Shown piece by piece: positions 30,093 to 37,962 of a stretch of 64,000 nt of DNA. This DNA comes from Nitrosopumilaceae archaeon (GTDB taxonomy: Archaea > Thermoproteota > Nitrososphaeria > Nitrososphaerales > Nitrosopumilaceae). The stretch's first letter is position 1, and every line of letters begins with the position of its first letter. The notes below the pieces were generated by a model, which made no database searches, was not told the origin of the DNA, and saw nothing but the letters and a program-made list of their open reading frames with translations. The stretch lies in contig OZ242376.1 in NCBI GenBank assembly GCA_965209085.1, positions 320,001-384,000 on the forward strand, written 5' to 3'. Made by a program: the position numbers and the translations under genes.

Positions 30093-30394
30093 TCGACGTA
30101 ACGTTCGTATCGTTTTTCAATTTCTCCATTCTCGCCGGCAAGTATCTTTTTTGACTCTTCGGCATTGCGGTGCCGTATGTACGAGACCATTTCTTCAAAT
30201 TCTTTTGAATCCGGATATACGGAAAATAACGGTTCCAACAGTCCAAAATACTCTGCAGTCTTGCGACGAAACTCTTCGGCGGTGGGATTTTTCTGACCCT
30301 TCATGCGAAACCACACGGTCGCCCAGCTTGCGCCGGCCGCATGGGGCAGAATGTCAAAGGCCCTCTCTATCTCAAAGCGCCAGTCGTCTCTCAT
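30083..30394 (-). CDS. Hypothetical protein
   Basis: 103-aa ORF translationally coupled to hemB. Confidence 0.7.
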   Translation of the reverse strand: MRDDWRFEIERAFDILPHAAGASWATVWFRMKGQKNPTAEEFRRKTAEYFGLLEPLFSVYPDSKEFEEMVSYIRHRNAEESKKILAGENGEIEKRYERYVDYG

Positions 30395-31374
30395 CGGTTT
30401 TCAGCCATTTTTTCTGCAGCCTGCCTTGCAAAATACGTGACTATAATGTCCGCACCGGCCCTCTTTATCGAGGATAAAATCTCAAAGGTTATCTCGTCCT
30501 CATCAACCCATCCCTGCATGGCCGCAGCCTTTACCAGTGCAAACTCGCCAGAAACGCTGTATGCTGCAATTGGAACACTGAATCTTTTTTTCGCTTCTGC
30601 GACAAGATCAAGGTATGCAAGGGCGGGTTTTATCATCAGTATGTCAACTCCCTCATCGTAATCTGCCTGCAGCTCGCTTATGGACTCGCGGCGGTTCGTA
30701 TACGGAACCTGGTATGTCTTTCTGTCGCCAAATTTTGGAGCGCATTCTGCGGCGTCTCTAAACGGGGAATAAAATGAAGAGCGGTGCTTTGCAGAATGCG
30801 ACATTATGGAAACATCCTGGTGTCCTGCATCATCAAGTGCTGCCCTGATGGCTGCAACCTGTCCGTCCATCATTGCCGAAGGGGAGACGACGTTAACTCC
30901 GGCGTCGGCCTGACTTACGGCGGTACGTGCAAGTGCATCAAGGCTTGTATCGTTGTCGATTTTACCGTTTTTTTCCAGCCCGCAGTGTCCTGAGAGAGTA
31001 TACTGGCACAGACATACGTCTGCCATTACGACAATCTTTTCCCCCAAAACAGAACGTATAGAGGATATGGCCTGCTGTACGGCGCCTTTTTCATCGTATG
31101 CAGCAGAGCCGGCATCATCTTTGAGAGATGGAACGCCAAACAGCATGACTGCAGGTATTCCAAGATCTGATGCGGATCCGGCCTCGGATGCGGCATCCTT
31201 TACGGGGAGGCGGCGCATTTGAGGCATTGATTTTATCTCGACGGGAGAATCTATCCCGTCCTGTACGAATATTGGAAGGACCATGTCTGATGGACCAATT
31301 GTGCTCTCGCGTACAAGATCCCTCATGGCGGGCGTGCTGCGCAGTCTTCGAAGGCGTCTTGATGGAAACGACAT
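30391..31374 (-). CDS. hemB: Porphobilinogen synthase (Zn type)
   Basis: RLRRLR, DVCLCQYTLSGHCG, PSAMMDG, FYSPFRDA, MIKP, YSVSGE. Confidence 0.97.
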   Translation of the reverse strand: MSFPSRRLRRLRSTPAMRDLVRESTIGPSDMVLPIFVQDGIDSPVEIKSMPQMRRLPVKDAASEAGSASDLGIPAVMLFGVPSLKDDAGSAAYDEKGAVQQAISSIRSVLGEKIVVMADVCLCQYTLSGHCGLEKNGKIDNDTSLDALARTAVSQADAGVNVVSPSAMMDGQVAAIRAALDDAGHQDVSIMSHSAKHRSSFYSPFRDAAECAPKFGDRKTYQVPYTNRRESISELQADYDEGVDILMIKPALAYLDLVAEAKKRFSVPIAAYSVSGEFALVKAAAMQGWVDEDEITFEILSSIKRAGADIIVTYFARQAAEKMAENR

Positions 31375-31407
31375 TTGAAATGAAAATCCATCCCGCAAAT
31401 ATTAATC

Positions 31408-32664
31408 CTAGTTAGAACCGTAGTCGAAGATCTTTGAGGCAGCCTCTAACACGTCCGTTCTGCCCTCCTCTGAGGCCTTTCTGAGGTTGTTCATCGGACC
31501 TGAGACTATGCTCTCAACAACGGCCTTTGTCAGCTCGTCCACTATCTTTGCCGTATCTGAATCGGCATTATTGAGCATGCGCAGCGCTTTTTGGAGCTCT
31601 TTTTGTCTGAGCGCATCCATGTTTTTGAATATGTCGCTTACCAGCGGTTCTGCATCAAGCCTGTTCATGGACATTTCAATGATGGGAACCTCTTCACTAA
31701 TTATGTTTTCAACCTCGTGCAGCTTGCCCCGTTTTTTGCGCACGTTTTTCTCGACCATCTCCGCTATCTGATCCAAATTCATCAGTTTTATACCGCTTAT
31801 TGTGGCCACGCGCTCATCAACGGTGCGGGGATTTGAGAGATCCAGTATCATAATGCCGCCTGCATTATTTTCCCTGGCAGCAGCTATCTTTTCATGCGTG
31901 ACAAGAAAATACGGGGCCGAAGTTGCGACAAATATCACATCATATTCTCCAAATCCATCAAAGGTGTCTTCAAATTTTACCGCCCGGCCGCCGCCCATCG
32001 TCTCGCAGAACGATTTGGATCTCTGACTTGTCCGGCTTGCCACAAAAAATTTGTAACCGCGGCGTATGAGGGATTTTGCAACAAGGCTTGATATCTCACC
32101 GGTTCCAATCAGCAAAACTTTTTTTGATTTTATATCATCCACGTTCTCTTCGGCAAGCCTTACTGCCATCGAACCAACGGAGGTGCCGCCGCGGTTGAGT
32201 CCCGTCGACTCCCTGATGCGAGCTCCGGCACGCACCGACCTGTCAAATAAAAGATCAAGCCGGCGTCCGCTGGCACCTGCCTCTTTTGCGGCCGATATTG
32301 AGCCGCGTATCTGTCCAAGAATCTGCTCCTCTCCAATCACCATTGATTCAATACCTGATGTAAGACGCAGCAGATGGCTTGTAACCTCGCTGCCGCCGGA
32401 AAACTCGATATTTTTGTACACTGCATCCTCGTCTATTCCGGCAAGCTCGGCCCACGTTTTGCTTATTTTGTTGCGGTCAAGCTCGCTTGCCGTACCGTAT
32501 ACTTCGACCCTGTTGCAGGTCTGAACTATGACGCACTCTTCAAACCCTGAGCGTTTTTTAAATTCCGCAAGCGCCCGGTTTGTATCCTTGAATGTGAATT
32601 TTTCAAGCACGTGTATGGGCGATCCGCGAAAAGTTACACGCGCGTTTACAATAATTCCGCTCAT
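31408..32664 (-). CDS. hemA: Glutamyl-tRNA reductase
   Basis: QTCNRVEVY, SGIESMVIGEEQILGQ, IGTGE, DLSNPR. Confidence 0.96.
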   Translation of the reverse strand: MSGIIVNARVTFRGSPIHVLEKFTFKDTNRALAEFKKRSGFEECVIVQTCNRVEVYGTASELDRNKISKTWAELAGIDEDAVYKNIEFSGGSEVTSHLLRLTSGIESMVIGEEQILGQIRGSISAAKEAGASGRRLDLLFDRSVRAGARIRESTGLNRGGTSVGSMAVRLAEENVDDIKSKKVLLIGTGEISSLVAKSLIRRGYKFFVASRTSQRSKSFCETMGGGRAVKFEDTFDGFGEYDVIFVATSAPYFLVTHEKIAAARENNAGGIMILDLSNPRTVDERVATISGIKLMNLDQIAEMVEKNVRKKRGKLHEVENIISEEVPIIEMSMNRLDAEPLVSDIFKNMDALRQKELQKALRMLNNADSDTAKIVDELTKAVVESIVSGPMNNLRKASEEGRTDVLEAASKIFDYGSN

Positions 32665-33317
32665 TTAAAATCCTCTAGCATCTCCATGGCCCGACTACGG
32701 GCAAGCGTTATCTTTTCCTGTTTTATAAGCCGTATTACCTCCGAATCGCGCATCACCGCATACAGGTATTTTTTGCGCATATTCTGCCCCGGTATTGTTT
32801 TTTTTGCCTCAATCCTGGCCTCCTGCTGGAGGTTTATCTGTGCAATATCCTCATTTGTCACAAGATCGTTTAGATATTTTTCAGCGCGCATTCTAATCTC
32901 TCTTGCCATTGCCGGACTCTTGCTTCCGGTGGAGACTGTAATTTGGACCGTATCTTTGATGTTTATCACCGAAGGGTGGGAAAAATCACTGGATTCGGGA
33001 TCATCAGAGGCGTACGCCATGCAACCGGGAATCTTTTTAGCTTTATTTATAATCGTGCAGTTGAGCGCATGATCGTCTGTTGTCGCCATTACCAAAACCG
33101 GGCTGTACCTTGAGAGAAACGAGCCATCGTGCAAATCCTCCCGCAAAAATTTAATCCTGCCATCTTTGAGATATTTTTCAACCGCGGGGTTTGACTCTTT
33201 TGAGACGAGCAAAATTTCACAATCCTGCGTTAAAAGCGAATTTACTTTTTTGAGCCCTTCAGCTCCGGCACCGACCACAACTGCCAGCCCTCCCTTTAGA
33301 TAAAGATCCACGATCAA
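32661..33317 (-). CDS. Precorrin-2 dehydrogenase / sirohydrochlorin ferrochelatase (Met8/SirC/CysG-N)
   Basis: VVGAGAEG, ATTDDHALN, DDPESSDFSHP, VSTGSKSP. Confidence 0.9.
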   Translation of the reverse strand: MIVDLYLKGGLAVVVGAGAEGLKKVNSLLTQDCEILLVSKESNPAVEKYLKDGRIKFLREDLHDGSFLSRYSPVLVMATTDDHALNCTIINKAKKIPGCMAYASDDPESSDFSHPSVINIKDTVQITVSTGSKSPAMAREIRMRAEKYLNDLVTNEDIAQINLQQEARIEAKKTIPGQNMRKKYLYAVMRDSEVIRLIKQEKITLARSRAMEMLEDFK

Positions 33318-33385
33318 CCATTTGGTGCACCCCGTGCGGCATTTTAAACCCTAATGACAGATTACATTTTTAACCAAAGGAGATC

Positions 33386-34402
33386 ATGCGCGAAATGTTG
33401 AAGCAAAAGATGGACGATTTGGACAGGGAAATTCTCAATGAAATTCAGTGGACGTTTCCCCTTGTTTCAAGACCGTACGATGTGCTTGCGGAAAAATTCG
33501 GTCAGTCGCCGCAGGAGATAAAGGAGCGCATACTGCGGCTTCGGAAATCCGGAATACTGCGGCAGATGAGCGCCATATTTGACACGCGCCGGCTCGGATA
33601 CAAGAGCTCCCTTGTGGCAGCAAAGATAGAGCCGGACAAACTGAACTCTGTGGCAGAGAAGGTAAACCAGCATCCTGGAGTGAGCCACAACTATGAGCGC
33701 GACCATGAATTCAACCTGTGGTTTACGCTTGCCGTACCGCCGGATTCGGATTTGAAAACCGAATTGGATAAATTTTCAACCGTGCCGGGAATCATAAAAA
33801 TGCGCATGCTGCCCACAATACAGCTCTTCAAAATCGGCGTAAAGCTTGACATGGTGGCGAGTGAAAAGCACGAGGTAAAACCAACCGAGCAAAAAAAAGA
33901 GATAGAACACGTGGAGTTTAAACCGACCGAGGATGACAAAGAGTTTGTCCGCCATCTGCAAAAAGATCTTGAAGTTACGGACAGGCCTTTTCTAAAGGCG
34001 GCCGAATCGCTTGGGATGAGTGAGGATCAGATATTTGAAAAGCTTGCACACTATGAAAAAATTGGTGTGATGAGAAGGTATGCTGCAATACTGCGGCACC
34101 GCGATGCGGGATTTGTAGCAAACGGAATGATCGTATGGAAAGTTCCAAAGGAACGCATCTCGCAGGTGGGGCAAACCCTTGGAGCGTTTCCGCAGGTAAG
34201 CCACTGTTATGAGAGGCCATCGTATCCGGACTGGCCGTACAATGTTTTCTCAATGATACACTGCACATCAAAAGACGAGGCCATGGAGGTTGCAGACACG
34301 ATACAAAAACAGGTAAACGTTGACGAATACATGATACTCTTCAGCCTGCGCGAGTTTAAGAAAACACGCGTGGAATACTTTATGGAAAATCAGGCAGCCT
34401 AA
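33386..34402 (+). CDS. Siroheme decarboxylase, fused AhbA-AhbB (NirDL/NirGH-like)
   Basis: Two Lrp-like halves: FPLVSRPY, GVSHNYER, NLWFT; GFVANGM, VSHCYER, WPYNVFSMIH, REFKKT. Confidence 0.9.
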   Translation: MREMLKQKMDDLDREILNEIQWTFPLVSRPYDVLAEKFGQSPQEIKERILRLRKSGILRQMSAIFDTRRLGYKSSLVAAKIEPDKLNSVAEKVNQHPGVSHNYERDHEFNLWFTLAVPPDSDLKTELDKFSTVPGIIKMRMLPTIQLFKIGVKLDMVASEKHEVKPTEQKKEIEHVEFKPTEDDKEFVRHLQKDLEVTDRPFLKAAESLGMSEDQIFEKLAHYEKIGVMRRYAAILRHRDAGFVANGMIVWKVPKERISQVGQTLGAFPQVSHCYERPSYPDWPYNVFSMIHCTSKDEAMEVADTIQKQVNVDEYMILFSLREFKKTRVEYFMENQAA

Positions 34403-35155
34403 ATCCCAGTCATCTTGATTGGCGGCATGATTGTAATCATGCAAAAAATACACCGATTTTGGAGGATTAACCACATCTGAATTTTCAAAAATCAAGGTTG
34501 TGGCTTGTGAATAACAGATCTTGTATAAAATCATTCAAATCAGTTATTTTTATTCGTAAAAACTGTGAATTTGATCATATTCTGATATATAATTATGAAA
34601 AGATCCTTATTCAAGCTGTGGTTTGAATCTTGTTGCGTTAACTTGACCTGTTCTTAAACTCGAAATATGAATATTTGAAATGATCCCTGAAAATATTAAT
34701 ACTCGTAGATGGTTAAAATAAATGAATTGTATGCAGAATTTGATAGTGATTATACCACAGAAGAAGCTTATAAAAAAATTATAAAACAATCCTCATACGG
34801 AGATTTTGAAATAATCTCCTCTGTGAAAAATGAACAAATAGTTTTCAAAGGTAAACGAAATTACAGTAAGGGTGTGATGGGCATCTTGATATTGGTAGGC
34901 TTGTTATTGTTTATTGTAGGACTTGTCTTAGCAGCTGTTTATTATTGGACAAGACCGTATCAAAAAATTGTTTTTGAACTGGAATCCAGAGATGGAGGAA
35001 GTACAATTACCATAAGAACGGATGGCAAAACTCATGATATTATAATACATGAAATTAAAAAATTACTTGAATCCAAAACCGAATAAAATCAAACATGCAG
35101 ATCTAAAAAAACAAAATTGTTAATGAAAGAATAAGAAAATCAGGCAGCCTAAATC
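34385..35155. mobile_element. Small AT-rich insertion bounded by a perfect 21-bp direct repeat
   Basis: gaaaatcaggcagcctaaatc at 34385-34405 and 35135-35155; no recombinase inside. Confidence 0.75.
34709..35086 (+). CDS. Small membrane protein (cargo of the insertion)
   Basis: 125 aa with central hydrophobic segment; AT-rich. Confidence 0.75.
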   Translation: MVKINELYAEFDSDYTTEEAYKKIIKQSSYGDFEIISSVKNEQIVFKGKRNYSKGVMGILILVGLLLFIVGLVLAAVYYWTRPYQKIVFELESRDGGSTITIRTDGKTHDIIIHEIKKLLESKTE

Positions 35156-35484
35156 TCGTTGTCATCGTGCCCCATCAGATGTTTTCGACAGTAATACGCA
35201 TCATTCATCACACAGTAATATGCGGATTTTTTGCCGCATTCTGTACATGATGGAACCGAATCCGCAGGATCTATCGGACGATGATAGTATTTGGTGCGCC
35301 GTCTGACGCTTCCGTTCTTGTACGTGCCGGCCATGGATGCCACGTATGCGTACTCTTCACCGTTCAATCCGACACCTTTGTCCAATTTCTCAAGCATGCG
35401 CTCCCATTTTGCATACTCGCCGATGCGTGCAAGCCTCATCTTTTCTATAATGTCAGCCGTGCGCTGTGCATCCGTGCCGGACAC
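35149..35484 (-). CDS. Hypothetical protein with C-terminal Cys/His zinc-finger
   Basis: CTECG..YYCVMNDAYYCRKH. Confidence 0.75.
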   Translation of the reverse strand: MSGTDAQRTADIIEKMRLARIGEYAKWERMLEKLDKGVGLNGEEYAYVASMAGTYKNGSVRRRTKYYHRPIDPADSVPSCTECGKKSAYYCVMNDAYYCRKHLMGHDDNEI

Positions 35485-35488
35485 GCAA

Positions 35489-36484
35489 TCACGCCTGAAC
35501 CGTGGCCTTTAGCTCGTATGTGGGCCAGTCCGAATACATCCGGCCGATCTCCTGCATGTCCGAATCGGAGAGGTATTTCCCGTCCGCCATTGCGGCAAAT
35601 TCTTCAATCTCATCTTCGCTTATCACGGTTGGAAAAACGGACGTAATGCCGCGCTTTGAGAGGATGAACTTTATTGCAAGCTCTGTAATGCTTAATCCGT
35701 TGCGCTCAGCTATTGGGCGCAACTGTTCCACTTTTTGCAGCGATGCACGAATCCATTCGCCTTTTCTGACAGAGCGGTGATCTTTTTCATCAATCTTTGT
35801 ATCCGCATTTACCTTGCCGGTCAGTATTCCAGAGGCGTCAGGAACCCTGACAAAAACGCCGGTATCGTTTTTAAAAGCGCCATCCAAAAGCTCGTTGCCT
35901 GGGGTCTGCTCTAAAATATTGTATACTGTCTGTACGGCGTCAACTTCCGGACGGGCTATTGCAGCATGTCCCTCCTCTGTCCAGCCGATTGCCGGACCAA
36001 GAGCTGTCTGAATTGCGCGCGTTTTGCCTGAGAGTTTTAGATCCTTTAGCGTTGCAAATATTGCATCATCTTTTACATGGTTCATCTTTGGATTGTGCAG
36101 GCCGTATACGTCCACGTGGTCGGTACGCAGCCTCTCAAGGCTTGCATTCAGCGCCGCTTTGGTAAATTTCTCGTCAAAAAACTGCGGCAGCTCGGTGTGT
36201 CCTATCTGTTCGGCGTTTGCAAAATCATATCCGTATTTTGTGGATATTACCACCTCTTCGCGCACGCCTTTCAGCGCCTCGCCGATGAGTTTCTCACTCT
36301 TCCCCCTCCCGTACATGTCGCCGGTTTCAAAAAAATTGATTCCCAAATCGTACGCTTTTTTGATCATGCGTTTTGCCTCATCCTCTTCTATGGATTTACC
36401 CCACCAGTTCATTGCGATACTCCATGCACCAAAACCAATCTCTGAGACGCTTATGCCGCTTTTTCCAATTTTGCGGTACTTCAT
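35489..36484 (-). CDS. Aldo/keto reductase
   Basis: VSEIGFG, GINFFETGDMYG, STKYG, SLERLRTDHVDVYGLH. Confidence 0.94.
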   Translation of the reverse strand: MKYRKIGKSGISVSEIGFGAWSIAMNWWGKSIEEDEAKRMIKKAYDLGINFFETGDMYGRGKSEKLIGEALKGVREEVVISTKYGYDFANAEQIGHTELPQFFDEKFTKAALNASLERLRTDHVDVYGLHNPKMNHVKDDAIFATLKDLKLSGKTRAIQTALGPAIGWTEEGHAAIARPEVDAVQTVYNILEQTPGNELLDGAFKNDTGVFVRVPDASGILTGKVNADTKIDEKDHRSVRKGEWIRASLQKVEQLRPIAERNGLSITELAIKFILSKRGITSVFPTVISEDEIEEFAAMADGKYLSDSDMQEIGRMYSDWPTYELKATVQA

Positions 36485-37023
36485 GATGTGATACCCTCAA
36501 ATTTTTCAAGCTCTGCGGACAATTTCGATGAATCCAAAACCTGCATGGAATTTTCCGGACTGATATTTATCTCCAACCACGACCTGCACCCTGAATATTC
36601 TGCAATGTTGTCAATTTCAACCGGTTTTATCATACTCACTTTTAGAAATACGGCACGCATGGGCTTTTGGGGCATCCATTTTCCCCTCTCGCGCACAAAC
36701 TCATCACTCCAGATGTGAAATCCGCCAAGTTTTTGGGCAGTCTTTGCATCAACGTCAGCACCGCACAGCACCTCTGCTACAGAACTGATTCGCACTTTGC
36801 CGGGTAGACTGTCGGATTTTACAGAATATTGTGAACCTGATTTACTCAAATGCTCGCTTCTCTGATGCTCGTATGTGGGGAATAGCAAAAACGTACCGGA
36901 TTCCTCGCGGAAACCTGATGCTGCATCGCGTATGCCGCCTTTGCGGAGCAGCACAGTCTGCGCTCCGTCTTCGAGCGCACTCACTATTGATGCCCATTCT
37001 TTTAGCGCCTTCATCTCAACCAA
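36481..37023 (-). CDS. DUF1802 family protein
   Basis: ALKEWA, QTVLLRKGGI, LFPTYEHQ, YSGCRSW. Confidence 0.9.
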   Translation of the reverse strand: MVEMKALKEWASIVSALEDGAQTVLLRKGGIRDAASGFREESGTFLLFPTYEHQRSEHLSKSGSQYSVKSDSLPGKVRISSVAEVLCGADVDAKTAQKLGGFHIWSDEFVRERGKWMPQKPMRAVFLKVSMIKPVEIDNIAEYSGCRSWLEINISPENSMQVLDSSKLSAELEKFEGITS

Positions 37024-37696
37024 GACTCTGTATCATCGGCACTATGTCTTTTTTGACGCACACAATCATGGGCGTATCTGAAGTGATATATTCGGAGACG
37101 CGCGTTGCGCGCAACTCTATGATTAGATCCTGAAATTTTATCAACTCGTCAGTCTCAAAGGCCAGCATGAAATCCTCATCGTGTATTCCAAAAGAATACG
37201 TGGTGTTTAAGATGACTTCGGGATATTTGTTGCCCACCGCAATGTGCTCGTCCATCATGGCCTGCCTTTCGGCTGCCGAAGTGCGGTACCACTTGCGGCT
37301 TTTTATGAACGGATACACGATTGCATATTTTAGCGCCTCTTCTCCTGCAACAAACGCCGGAACCCTGCCGGTTTTGGCGTACATTGATGGACGAGTAACG
37401 GAAAAAAATGTTCTAGACGGAACAATGTATTTTCCAAAAACGGTAAGATACAGCCTCGAGACTGCACTCTGTATCTCTTCTACGGTTTTTGCAGCAAACC
37501 ACAACATAAAGTCGGCATCATCGCGTATGCCAAGCGTGGAATACGACCTGTACATGCAGCTGGAATTTCCAAGTATGTTTTCCACTTCTTTTGCCGATTC
37601 CTGTTTTGCCAAATCCGCCATCCAGCGCCATTTTGGATCGACTTTGAAAAACGAAAATGCAAAGTAATATCTCTCATCCGTATTCTCTGTCTGCAT
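37016..37696 (-). CDS. Chlorite dismutase family / coproheme decarboxylase (ChdC/HemQ-like)
   Basis: ADFMLW, VYPFIKSRKWY, MMDEH, YSFGIHDEDF, LRATRVS. Confidence 0.88.
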   Translation of the reverse strand: MQTENTDERYYFAFSFFKVDPKWRWMADLAKQESAKEVENILGNSSCMYRSYSTLGIRDDADFMLWFAAKTVEEIQSAVSRLYLTVFGKYIVPSRTFFSVTRPSMYAKTGRVPAFVAGEEALKYAIVYPFIKSRKWYRTSAAERQAMMDEHIAVGNKYPEVILNTTYSFGIHDEDFMLAFETDELIKFQDLIIELRATRVSEYITSDTPMIVCVKKDIVPMIQSLG

Positions 37697-37820
37697 GAAT
37701 ATTGTCCATTATGGGCCCATTTTAAAATATGTATGCAGCATATGCGTTGAAAATTTATGCCTGTTTTACACCGTGCAAAAAAGACCAAAATTGCAGTATA
37801 CGCTTGAAATACCTGCCGGA

Positions 37821-37849
37821 TAAAATATGACGCCTATCGTCATATTTTA
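37821..37849. promoter_or_regulatory. Perfect 12-bp inverted repeat with 5-nt spacer in a divergent intergenic region
   Basis: TAAAATATGACG-cctat-CGTCATATTTTA. Confidence 0.5.
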
Positions 37850-37962
37850 GGCATAAACGTTGGTATGCACACGTGCAAATTTGACCGTATTTTACGCATC
37901 TTGGAATCGTATTTCACCTGACAACTCTCAACGCTTAATTAACTAAAAACCCCACATGAACC

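Noticed and set aside
29767-30477. 236-aa alternative-frame ORF
   Set aside because: Overlaps the HD protein in another frame and two minus-strand genes; composition is not protein-like
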